Below, in pieces: positions 33,525 to 41,988 of a stretch of 46,712 nt of DNA; the stretch's first letter is position 1, and every line of letters starts with the position of its first letter. Source of the stretch: Oscillospiraceae bacterium. GTDB taxonomy: Bacteria > Bacillota > Clostridia > Oscillospirales > Oscillospiraceae. Location: positions 1-46,712 of the forward strand of contig JAGAEW010000113.1 in NCBI GenBank assembly GCA_017612935.1, read 5' to 3'. A model generated the notes under the pieces. It did not search any database. It saw only the letters and a program-made list of their open reading frames with translations, and was not told where the DNA came from. Position numbers and translations under genes: made by a program.

Positions 33525-34072
33525 AGCTGAGATGGGATCTGCCGGGAAAGATTCCGGTGTTTCTGGATCGCTATAAGCTTCCGATTCTGACGATTCTGAT
33601 CGGCTTGACCTTACTGCTTTGGTCTCCGGGGGAAAAGGCAGAGGGGAGTGAGTTCCCGGTGCAGACCCAGCCGGAGCAAAGCCAGCCCCAGGATGAGGGA
33701 GAACGCTATTGTGCCAGGACGGAGCAGGAGCTGGAGACGCTGCTGGCCCAGATCGATGGGGCGGGGCGGGTTCGGGTTATGCTGACCCTGCGGACCGGAC
33801 CCGCCGCGAATTATCAGAAGGACAGCAAGCGCACAAATTCGGGGGAGGGAGAGCGGCACAGTGAATCGCTGGAGGAAAAAACAGTGATTCTGAGCCGTGC
33901 AAGCGCATACAATGAACCAGCCATCGTAAGCACGGCGTATCCGGAGTTTCAGGGAGCCCTGATCGTCGCAGAGGGCGGTGCGGATGCAAAGATCCGTTAT
34001 CAACTCGCTGCTGCCGTATCGGCTCTGCTGGGACTTGGCGCTGACCAAATTACGGTCGTAAAAATGAAGTAA
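33521..34072 (+). CDS. spoIIIAG: Stage III sporulation protein AG
   Basis: N-terminal TM and a C-terminal ring-building motif region (VRVMLTL...PEFQGALIVAEGGADAKIRYQLAAAVSALLGLGADQITV). Confidence 0.9.
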   Translation: MKLRWDLPGKIPVFLDRYKLPILTILIGLTLLLWSPGEKAEGSEFPVQTQPEQSQPQDEGERYCARTEQELETLLAQIDGAGRVRVMLTLRTGPAANYQKDSKRTNSGEGERHSESLEEKTVILSRASAYNEPAIVSTAYPEFQGALIVAEGGADAKIRYQLAAAVSALLGLGADQITVVKMK

Positions 34073-34085
34073 CGGGGGATTGAAC

Positions 34086-34658
34086 ATGAAAACATGGAAA
34101 CGGAATGCCATTGTGGCAGCAGTCTTGGTTTTTGTCTGCGGCGGGATCTATCTAAACTGGCGTTATGAGGACAGCAGACCCTTCGACCTGGTTTCGACCT
34201 TGGACCAGACGAAGCTGATGGACGACGCGGCCCTGGTGATTCGAAACGATGAAACAGAACTGGAGCAGGTGGCGGCACAGCAGGGAGAGCAAAAGGATGG
34301 AGAAGATGCCGAGGCGGTCTTTGCCCGGATGCGGATGAGCCGCCAGCAGAGCCGGGACAGCGCCGTGCACACCCTGCAGGAGACAATTTCCTATGCCGGT
34401 GAAGATGAGGACGTCAGCGCCAGCACCCTAAAGCTGGAATCCATTGTCAACATGGCTCTGTCCGAAGCGTCCATAGAGAGTTTGGTGGTTTCCAAGGGCT
34501 ATGCGGAGTGTGTGGCCTACATGACAGAGGAGGGGATTGACCTGGCAGTGGCCGCCCAGGGCCTCTCTGAAAGCGATGTGGCCGTTCTGAGCGACATTGT
34601 GCTGTCCCAAACCGAATATGATCTTTCGCAAATTCGAATTATTGAGGTAAATTCCTGA
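34086..34658 (+). CDS. spoIIIAH: Stage III sporulation protein AH
   Basis: MKTWKRNAIVAAVLVFVCGGIYLNW TM anchor and a C-terminal YscJ/FliF-like region. It is the last gene of the operon. Confidence 0.85.
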   Translation: MKTWKRNAIVAAVLVFVCGGIYLNWRYEDSRPFDLVSTLDQTKLMDDAALVIRNDETELEQVAAQQGEQKDGEDAEAVFARMRMSRQQSRDSAVHTLQETISYAGEDEDVSASTLKLESIVNMALSEASIESLVVSKGYAECVAYMTEEGIDLAVAAQGLSESDVAVLSDIVLSQTEYDLSQIRIIEVNS

Positions 34659-34727
34659 AAATTACGGTTGTTTTTTTTGGGATTTGTGGTACAATGAATG
34701 AAAGCGTTTACAAAGGAGGATCATACC

Positions 34728-35060
34728 ATGGCAGAGAATAAAGATTACATGACCAGAGAATTGGAAGACGGAAGTCTGAATATCAGCGAGGATGTGCTCG
34801 TTACCATTGCCCTTGCTGCCGCCAATGATGTGGAGGGCGTGGTCAGCCTGAAAAACGACCGCAAGGGCGTCCGGGTAACGCTGAACGAGGATGACGTGGA
34901 GTTGGACTGCGCTCTGGTGGTTCTCTATGGCCATTCTGTAGTGGAGATTGCGAGGAATGTTCAGAACGCCGTGACCAACGCCGTTGAATCCATGACCGGC
35001 CTGAAGGTTGCCCGCGTGGATGTGAATGTGTGTGGCATTTCTATGGGGAAAGCCGGATGA
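34728..35060 (+). CDS. Asp23/Gls24-family alkaline shock protein
   Basis: ISEDVLVTIALAAANDVEGVV... and RVDVNVCGI. AAGGAGG RBS. Same position as B. subtilis yqhY, upstream of nusB. Confidence 0.88.
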   Translation: MAENKDYMTRELEDGSLNISEDVLVTIALAAANDVEGVVSLKNDRKGVRVTLNEDDVELDCALVVLYGHSVVEIARNVQNAVTNAVESMTGLKVARVDVNVCGISMGKAG

Positions 35061-35527
35061 ACAAAGGGCCGCGTATGACGAGATCGGCCGCCAGAGAGAT
35101 CGCCGTCCACCTGATTTATGCCGTACAGTGTACGGGGGAATCGGTGGAGACTGTGCTGTGCGACCGGTTTGAAGAGACGTATTATGCCCTCCTTTCCGCC
35201 GAAAATGAGGTCTACGCCGAAAAGCCCAACGGGAAGCAGCGCGAATATATCAGCTCTGTGGTGCAGGGCGTCTGTGACCGGCAACAGGAGCTGGATGGGT
35301 ATCTTGCAAAGTATTCCGTCGCTTGGAACGTCAGTCGGATTTCCCGGCTGGCCCGGGCAGTTATGGAGCTTGCCATGTATGAGGCCCTCTATGTGGAGGA
35401 TGTACCCATGAACGTCGCCATCAATGAGGCGGTCAAGCTGACACAAAAATATGAGGAGCAGGAGACGGTTGCCTTTGTCAACGGCATTCTTGGCAGCTTC
35501 TCCCGTGAACGGAAGACAGAAGCATGA
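35057..35527 (+). CDS. nusB: Transcription antitermination factor NusB
   Basis: SAAREIAVHLIY...RISRLARAVMELAMYE...PMNVAINEAVKLTQKY...FVNGILG. Confidence 0.92.
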   Translation: MNKGPRMTRSAAREIAVHLIYAVQCTGESVETVLCDRFEETYYALLSAENEVYAEKPNGKQREYISSVVQGVCDRQQELDGYLAKYSVAWNVSRISRLARAVMELAMYEALYVEDVPMNVAINEAVKLTQKYEEQETVAFVNGILGSFSRERKTEA

Positions 35528-36462
35528 TCACCATCGGATTTGATACCAGCAATTATACGACCTCTGTTGCCGCCTTCGACGGCGAAAGGGGAGAAAATGT
35601 CTCCCGGCTGTTGCCGGTAAAGACCGGAGAATTGGGCCTTCGCCAATCGGAGGCCCTGTTTTCTCATGTGAAGCGCCTGCCGGAGCTGTCCGACAGGCTC
35701 TTTGTGCATTTGCCGACCGAGGCGCTGGCGGCTGTAGGCGTTAGTACCAGACCCAGATCCGTGGAGGGCTCCTATATGCCCTGCTTTTTGGCGGGGGAAT
35801 CTCAGGCACGGGTGCTGGCTGCGGCGCTGCACCTGCCCATCTACTCCTTTTCTCACCAGCAGGGGCACATTGCCGCTGTTCTGTGGTCGGCGGGACGATT
35901 GGATTTACTGGGCTCCGAGTTTTTTGCCTGGCACCTGTCCGGCGGCACGACGGAGCTGCTGCGGGTTCGTTCCAGCGCCGACGGAGAGATTGACTGTGAA
36001 AAGATCGGTGGTACGACGGATATTTCTGCCGGGCAGCTGATTGATCGCACCGGACAGCTTCTGGGCTTCGATTTTCCTGCGGGCAAGGCTCTGGACATCG
36101 CTGCCGCCGGGAGCGACGGGGGAGATTTTTTTCGTGTCCGGGTCCAGGACTGTGAATTTTCGCTCTCCGGCGTTCAAAATCAGGTGGAGGCTTTCCGGCG
36201 GAAGGGAGCCGATGCTGCCCAAACCGCTCGGTTTACTTTGCTCACTGTGGCGGAAGCAGTTGGAAAGGCAACGGCTAATGCCCGAAAGCGCGCTCCGCTT
36301 CCGGTGGTTTTTTCCGGTGGCGTTGCCTCCAACTCCATGCTGCGCGCCAGGATAGGGGAAGCCATTTTCGGCGCCCCGCAGTATTCTACCGACAACGCGA
36401 TGGGCATTGCCGTCCTGACCCGTCTCAGGCATCTGGCAAGCGCCGGAGATCAATGCCCATGA
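35524..36462 (+). CDS. Divergent Kae1/TsaD (peptidase M22/glycoprotease, ASKHA-fold) family protein
   Basis: MITIGFDTSNYTTSVAAF N-terminus, an HxxGH-type motif SHQQGHIAAV, and C-terminal FSGGVASNSMLR. Confidence 0.7.
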   Translation: MITIGFDTSNYTTSVAAFDGERGENVSRLLPVKTGELGLRQSEALFSHVKRLPELSDRLFVHLPTEALAAVGVSTRPRSVEGSYMPCFLAGESQARVLAAALHLPIYSFSHQQGHIAAVLWSAGRLDLLGSEFFAWHLSGGTTELLRVRSSADGEIDCEKIGGTTDISAGQLIDRTGQLLGFDFPAGKALDIAAAGSDGGDFFRVRVQDCEFSLSGVQNQVEAFRRKGADAAQTARFTLLTVAEAVGKATANARKRAPLPVVFSGGVASNSMLRARIGEAIFGAPQYSTDNAMGIAVLTRLRHLASAGDQCP

Positions 36463-37664
36463 GCCGACAGGAAGTATCCATTCTCTCCGTCACCCAGCTT
36501 AACACCCTCATCAAGGCGGCCTTTGACCATGTGCCGGCCTTGCAAAATGTCTGCGTTCGGGGAGAAATCAGCAATTATAAGCTCTATCCCTCGGGGCACC
36601 ACTATTTTACACTGAAGGACGCTGAGGGAAGCTTGAAGTGCGTCCTGTTTAAGTCCAATGCAGCTGGGCTGCGCTTTCGTCCCCAGAACGGAACTTCTGT
36701 GCTGGCGGTGGGCCGGGTTTCGGTCTATCCCAGGGACGGCGCCTATCAGCTCTACTGCACCCGGCTGATTCCGGATGGAACCGGGGAGCTCCAGCTTGCC
36801 TTCGAGCAGCTCAAGCAGCGCCTGTATGAGGAAGGTATCTTTGAGCTTTCCCACAAAAAGCAGCTTCCGGCCCTGCCACAGCGAATTGGAATTGTCACAT
36901 CTCCTGCGGGGGCTGCAATCCACGATATGCTTCGTATTCTCGGCAGCCGTTATCCTCTGGCAAAGGTGATTTTGCTGCCGGTGCGGGTGCAGGGAGAAAG
37001 CGCTGCCGGAGAAATCGCCGGGGCGATTGCCTATGCCAACCGGAAATCGCTCTGTGATCTTCTGATTGTCGGTCGGGGCGGCGGATCAATCGAGGACCTT
37101 TGGGCCTTTAACGAAGAGATTGTCGCCCGGGCAATTTATACATCCGAAATCCCGGTAATCTCCGCTGTCGGCCACGAGCCGGATGTGAGTATCTCGGATT
37201 TCGCGGCGGATCTGCGGGCCGCCACCCCATCCAACGCCGCAGAACTGGCAGTCCCCGATCGGGCGGAGCTCTATGCCCGTCTTGAGACGCTGCAAAAGAG
37301 CATGAGCGCCGCGCTTCGAAGGTTGAGCCAGCTCTCCAGGAGCCGACTGGAAGCCATTGCTTCCGCCCCGGCTCTGCGGGACCCCGCCATGCTGATTCGG
37401 AACCGTAGACTTGCGCTGGACCAGTTGACGGAGGACTTGATCCGGGCAGAACGGGAAAAATTGACAGAGGCACGGACCGAGCTGGCCCGACTTGCCGCGG
37501 CATTGGATGCCATGAGTCCGCTGAAGGTTCTGGAGCGAGGCTATGCCTGCGTGAGGGACGAAGAAGGCCGTGTGATCCAGACTGCTGCTGCTGCCCGGCA
37601 GGAGGCTGCGTTGGAGCTTCGCTTCCGGGATGGAAGCCTGCGGGTCCGACCGGAAGAGACATGA
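36453..37664 (+). CDS. xseA: Exodeoxyribonuclease VII large subunit
   Basis: LSVTQLNTLIKAAF..., an OB-fold region, IGIVTSPAGAAIHD, RGGGSIEDLWAFNEE, and ISAVGHEPD. Confidence 0.95.
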   Translation: MPMSRQEVSILSVTQLNTLIKAAFDHVPALQNVCVRGEISNYKLYPSGHHYFTLKDAEGSLKCVLFKSNAAGLRFRPQNGTSVLAVGRVSVYPRDGAYQLYCTRLIPDGTGELQLAFEQLKQRLYEEGIFELSHKKQLPALPQRIGIVTSPAGAAIHDMLRILGSRYPLAKVILLPVRVQGESAAGEIAGAIAYANRKSLCDLLIVGRGGGSIEDLWAFNEEIVARAIYTSEIPVISAVGHEPDVSISDFAADLRAATPSNAAELAVPDRAELYARLETLQKSMSAALRRLSQLSRSRLEAIASAPALRDPAMLIRNRRLALDQLTEDLIRAEREKLTEARTELARLAAALDAMSPLKVLERGYACVRDEEGRVIQTAAAARQEAALELRFRDGSLRVRPEET

Positions 37665-37675
37665 GAGGAAACACT

Positions 37676-37918
37676 ATGGCAAGAACAAAATCGCAGTCTT
37701 TTGAGGCAAATATAAGTCGTCTGGAAGAGATTGTCCGGCGTCTGGACGACGGCTCTGTTCCGCTGGAGGATGCAATCAAGCTTTTTCAGGAGGGAACTGA
37801 ACTGACAGCCCGCTGCAACAAGCTGTTGGATCAGGCGGAGCTTGAAGTTGTCAAGCTGACAAAAGGTCCGGATGGAACAATCGAGGAGGTACCCTTTGCA
37901 AATGCGGAGTTTGAATGA
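37676..37918 (+). CDS. xseB: Exodeoxyribonuclease VII small subunit
   Basis: SFEANISRLEEIVRRLDDGSVPLEDAIKLFQEG. Confidence 0.92.
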   Translation: MARTKSQSFEANISRLEEIVRRLDDGSVPLEDAIKLFQEGTELTARCNKLLDQAELEVVKLTKGPDGTIEEVPFANAEFE

Positions 37919-38777
37919 AGAATGGAGCGCAGTAAACCGGCGTTTTGAAACCCGGCTGGCGCAGCTCTATCAGGAGGCTGCATCCGAGCCCCAGCAACGT
38001 CTGTTTGAGGCGATGAATTACAGCCTGCTGGCGGGAGGAAAGCGGTTGCGGCCTCTGCTGGTCTACGCCTTTTGCGAGGCCTGCGGCGGCTGTGCCGAGG
38101 AGGCGGACCCGGCGGCGCTGGCCGTTGAGATGCTTCACACCTACAGCCTGATCCACGACGACCTTCCCGCCATGGACAACGACGATTATCGCCGGGGCCG
38201 GCTGACCAGCCATAAGGTTTACGGTGAGGCCCTGGCAATTTTAGCGGGAGACGCACTGTTGACGGATGCCTTTCGGCTTCTGACGACAGGCATCCTGCCT
38301 GCTGGGAAGGCTGTCGCCTGCGTGGCAGTTCTGGCACAGAATGCCGGCCCCTACGGAATGGTTGGGGGGCAGGTGCTGGATATGGCCTCAGAGGAACGGA
38401 CCCTGAGTGAGGAGGAGGTGCGGAATATTCAGACCCGTAAAACCGGCTGCTTGATTCGCGCTGCCTGTGAAATGGGAGCAATTTGCGCCGGGGCGGATGC
38501 CGGGCAGCGAGAAGCCGCCCGGCGCTATGCCGATGGGATCGGCCTTGCGTTTCAGATTCGGGACGATGTGCTGGATGTGACAGGAGATGCCGCCAAGCTT
38601 GGCAAGGCCGTGGGGGTTGATGCCGAGAAGAATACCTTTGTCCGGCTTTACGGATTGGAGCGCTGCGCCGGAATGATCCACAGTGAAACTGCTGCAGCAG
38701 TGAATGCGCTTTCCTGTTTTCAAAAGCCAGATCTGCTGACGGATCTGGCCTGGTTTTTGGCGGAACGGGATCATTAA
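37902..38777 (+). CDS. ispA: Farnesyl diphosphate synthase (polyprenyl synthetase)
   Basis: GGKRLRP, FARM LIHDDLPAMDNDDYRRG, and SARM FQIRDDVLD. The start is uncertain (ATG at 37902 or 37872). Confidence 0.92.
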   Translation: MRSLNEEWSAVNRRFETRLAQLYQEAASEPQQRLFEAMNYSLLAGGKRLRPLLVYAFCEACGGCAEEADPAALAVEMLHTYSLIHDDLPAMDNDDYRRGRLTSHKVYGEALAILAGDALLTDAFRLLTTGILPAGKAVACVAVLAQNAGPYGMVGGQVLDMASEERTLSEEEVRNIQTRKTGCLIRAACEMGAICAGADAGQREAARRYADGIGLAFQIRDDVLDVTGDAAKLGKAVGVDAEKNTFVRLYGLERCAGMIHSETAAAVNALSCFQKPDLLTDLAWFLAERDH

Positions 38778-38864
38778 TCCGCTTTTTGTCGAAAGTATAC
38801 ATGAAGCAGATTAAACTATTCAGCTTTTTCGTCAAAAAAAATTGAATATTTTGTCAATTTTATC

Positions 38865-38893
38865 TTGTATATTTATTTAGAATATGTTATAAT
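38865..38893 (+). promoter_or_regulatory. Extended -10 SigA promoter (TTGTAT-N17-TGtTATAAT) in an AT-rich block upstream of the large ncRNA
   Basis: TTGTAT at 38865-38870, TG at 38885-38886, and TATAAT at 38888-38893. About 100 nt of A/T-rich sequence lies upstream. Confidence 0.65.
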
Positions 38894-38898
38894 CAAAA

Positions 38899-39510
38899 TG
38901 GTGGTGCTGTATCCTAGTCGGAACCGTCGATTACCAGGAAGGGCCTAAAAATCCTTTGAAGGGCATATCGATGAAGTCCCTGGTGCTTGCTTGTTTCGCC
39001 CAGATTCGGGTGGGTGCTGGGGGTTAAGGTTTCCGGGCGGCTGTCAATGGCATGACTGTTACGACCCGGTTACCGTGGAGACCTGCTTCTGTGCGGCCGC
39101 CGCACGTTTTTGTGGACAAGGACGGCGTACGGCGCAGGAGATGAACCTGCATTGCGGTGCGGTTAGCGTGCTGTGTGCAGTGTAGCCTGCCTTGCGTGGG
39201 TATGATGGGGAAAGAGGAGCCATGCGTACTTACCTGTGGCCACAGGCAAAGGCGATATTCTCTGGAAACCTTACCTGCAAAAGAGGCTAAGAGTCGACGG
39301 CCTTCGGGGTGGAAAACACCTAGGCAGTCTGAAAGGGATATGCTGCGGATTGCAGTGCGGACTCAGTGGCAATCGGGTAATGTGTACTGGCGACGGCACA
39401 AAGCAGACATGAAAAGGGAACTGCCCGTTCGGCGACGACGGGTTGTTTGCGGGGAAATCCAACCCGACCTAAGCCGCAAGATTTACGCAGCGTATTTCCA
39501 CCACAGTTGA
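38899..39510 (+). ncRNA. ole: Large structured noncoding RNA, most likely OLE (ornate, large, extremophilic) RNA. Boundaries are approximate.
   Basis: There is a 755-nt gap between ispA and the next CDS. About 610 nt lie downstream of a strong promoter. Only Cys/Arg-rich ORFs without an RBS are present. I can see many short helices and a terminal GTGGTG/CACCAC pairing. The xseAB-ispA-[RNA]-4TM protein-dxs-tlyA-nadK-argR-recN synteny is characteristic of OLE loci. Confidence 0.75.
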
Positions 39511-39532
39511 TAAATATTCAGAGGAACAAACG

Positions 39533-40153
39533 TTGAAATCCACACAAGACACATCAGACAAACAAGGCAGAAGACATAGGAAAAACGGAGCAAGGAACAA
39601 GTCTGCCTCCAAGGCCCGCTGGCTGATTACGATCTTTTTTTTGGCACTGACGATTTCCGCTGTTTTTTCTTTTTTTTCCCAACAACTGCTGGGCCGGGCC
39701 AGCTTATCCGGCGCATTTCTGATCCTTCTGGCAATTATAGCCATTGGCATCCTCTTTGATTTGCTGGGAGTTGCGGTTACGGCCGCTGAAGAAAAGCCCT
39801 TTCACTCCATGGCTTCCCGGAAGGTTCCGGGCGGCGTGGAAGGAATCTGGCTGCTTCGCAATGCCGGAAAGGTTTCTTCAGTCTGCAATGATGTTGTGGG
39901 CGACATCTGCGGCATTATCTCCGGTACGGCAGCGGCCGTGGTTGCGATTGAGACCTGGAACAGTACCCATGCCTTTTCTCAGCAGATGGTTCAGCTCTTG
40001 TTGTCCGCCCTTGTGGCAGCCCTGACAATCTTGGGCAAGGCATTTTGCAAGCAGATCGCGCTGGATAATTCCACAGCGATTGTTCAAAGCGCAGCACGGC
40101 TGATCTGGCGGTGCAAGCGACTATTTTCAAGGAAGTCAAAGAGAAAAAAATGA
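39533..40153 (+). CDS. oapA: OLE-associated membrane protein OapA-like (small 4-TM protein)
   Basis: 206 aa with a basic N-terminal tail (KQGRRHRKNGARNKSASKAR) and four hydrophobic segments. There is a conserved-looking acidic motif CNDVVGDICGIISG. It lies immediately 3' of the ncRNA and is ATGA-coupled to dxs. TTG start. Confidence 0.7.
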   Translation: MKSTQDTSDKQGRRHRKNGARNKSASKARWLITIFFLALTISAVFSFFSQQLLGRASLSGAFLILLAIIAIGILFDLLGVAVTAAEEKPFHSMASRKVPGGVEGIWLLRNAGKVSSVCNDVVGDICGIISGTAAAVVAIETWNSTHAFSQQMVQLLLSALVAALTILGKAFCKQIALDNSTAIVQSAARLIWRCKRLFSRKSKRKK

Positions 40154-41988
40154 ACGATCCATTTCAGTTTCCGAACTCCAGAGAACTGCGAAGTATGGAT
40201 GAAGCAGAGCTGTCGGCTCTTTGCAAACGGATTCGAAAATTTTTGATTGAAAACGTATCTAAAACCGGTGGACATTTGGCGTCCAACCTTGGTGTGGTGG
40301 AACTGATTGTCGCCATTCACCGCGTCTTTGATACTGAAACGGACCGGCTGGTGTTCGACGTGGGACATCAATCCTATGTGCATAAAATACTGACCGGTCG
40401 GGCAGACCGTTTTCCGACCCTGCGAAAGCTTGACGGTTTGGCAGGCTTTCCAAAGCCCGGCGAGAGCGTTCACGACGCATTTGTTGCCGGGCATGCATCC
40501 AACTCCGTTTCCGTTGCCCTCGGGATGGCCCGGGCGCGGACTTTGACGGGAAAGCAATACAATGTAATCGCTTTGATGGGCGACGGGGCCCTGACGGGAG
40601 GCCTTGCCTATGAGGGCCTCAACGATGCCGGCTCCAGCGGAGAGCCGCTGATTGTCATTCTCAATGACAACGGAATGTCCATTACTCCGAACGTAGGGGG
40701 AATGGCGAAGCATTTATCCAATATTCGCACCAAACCCAGCTACTTTGCGTGTAAAAAGGTCTGGAATGAGCTCACAAAAACCACGTCTGTGGGCCGCAGC
40801 GTTTACCGCGGTGTTCACCGCATAAAAGAGAATTTGAAAAAGCGGCTGATCAGCGCCAATACATTCAATGACATGGGCTTTGAGTATTACGGTCCGGTGG
40901 ACGGGCACGACATCAAAAAGCTCGTCTGGTTGCTGCAAATGGCGAGGGACCTGAAAAAACCCGTGATTCTCCATGTGACCACGCAAAAGGGCCGGGGATA
41001 TCCTCCTGCGGAACGGAATCCTGACTTATACCACGGCGTCGGAGCCTTTGATCCCACGGTAGGGCTGAAACCCAGTCAAGCTGTTACCTTCTCCGATACC
41101 TTCGGAAAGACCCTTTCGACCCTTGCTGCCCGCAATCCCCGCGTCTGCGCCATTACTGCCGCCATGCAGAGTGGCACGGGGCTGGATAACTTTGCAAAGT
41201 CCTATCCGGATCGGTTTTTTGACGTGGGCATTGCGGAAGGACACGCTGTGGCTATGGCCGGCGGTCTGGCAAAGCAGGGAATGTTGCCGGTTCTTGCGAT
41301 TTATTCCACCTTTTTCCAACGCTCCTTTGATATGTTGATTCACGATATTGCACTTCTGAATTTACATGTGGTGTTTGCAGTGGATCGGGCCGGGCTCGTG
41401 GGAGCGGACGGCGAAACCCATCACGGTGTCTTCGACGTTGGCTTTCTGCGGCAGGTTCCCGGAATGCAGATTCTCTGCCCTGCCAATCAGGCCGAGCTGG
41501 CGAAAATGCTGGAGCAAGCGCTGTTTTCCATGACCGGCCCCGTGGCGGTGCGTTATCCCAGGGGCGGCGATGAGGCCTATCGTGAGCTTTCCGCTCAGTC
41601 AATCCTCCGGGCGGGAACTGCAATTACCCTTTGCGCTTACGGCACGACGGTAAATTCTATTTTGGAGGCCGCCGAGCTGCTGCATCAGCGGGGGATTGAG
41701 GCTGAGGTGGTCAAGCTCAATCAAATTCGGCCGATTGACCCGGATTGGAAGGCCTCCGCCCTTAGAACGGGAGCCTTCCTGATGGTAGAGGAATGCCTGC
41801 AGCACGGCGGCATTTATGATGAAATTGCTTCCGATCCCGCGCTGCAGACCCTTCGACACCGGGGGATGGATCTCGGCATAGGCTTCGTGTCCCACGGAAG
41901 CTGTTCCGAGCTGCAAAAGCGGGCAGGGATTGACGCGCAAAGTGTCTGTGAAGCAGCCGTCGCGCTTTTGAAGGGAGAAACTACATGA
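40150..41988 (+). CDS. dxs: 1-deoxy-D-xylulose-5-phosphate synthase
   Basis: GGHLASNLGVVEL, VFDVGHQSYVHKILTGR, and TPP motif GDGALTGGLAYEGLN. Confidence 0.96.
   Translation: MNDPFQFPNSRELRSMDEAELSALCKRIRKFLIENVSKTGGHLASNLGVVELIVAIHRVFDTETDRLVFDVGHQSYVHKILTGRADRFPTLRKLDGLAGFPKPGESVHDAFVAGHASNSVSVALGMARARTLTGKQYNVIALMGDGALTGGLAYEGLNDAGSSGEPLIVILNDNGMSITPNVGGMAKHLSNIRTKPSYFACKKVWNELTKTTSVGRSVYRGVHRIKENLKKRLISANTFNDMGFEYYGPVDGHDIKKLVWLLQMARDLKKPVILHVTTQKGRGYPPAERNPDLYHGVGAFDPTVGLKPSQAVTFSDTFGKTLSTLAARNPRVCAITAAMQSGTGLDNFAKSYPDRFFDVGIAEGHAVAMAGGLAKQGMLPVLAIYSTFFQRSFDMLIHDIALLNLHVVFAVDRAGLVGADGETHHGVFDVGFLRQVPGMQILCPANQAELAKMLEQALFSMTGPVAVRYPRGGDEAYRELSAQSILRAGTAITLCAYGTTVNSILEAAELLHQRGIEAEVVKLNQIRPIDPDWKASALRTGAFLMVEECLQHGGIYDEIASDPALQTLRHRGMDLGIGFVSHGSCSELQKRAGIDAQSVCEAAVALLKGETT

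Noticed and set aside
38991-39510. Track ORFs 38991-39185 (+, 64 aa), 39157-39510 (+, 117 aa) and 39271-39462 (-, 63 aa), all inside the ispA-dxs gap.
   Set aside because: None has a Shine-Dalgarno. All have Cys/Arg/Trp-rich, low-complexity composition unlike neighbouring proteins, and they overlap each other. The region is better explained as a structured RNA.
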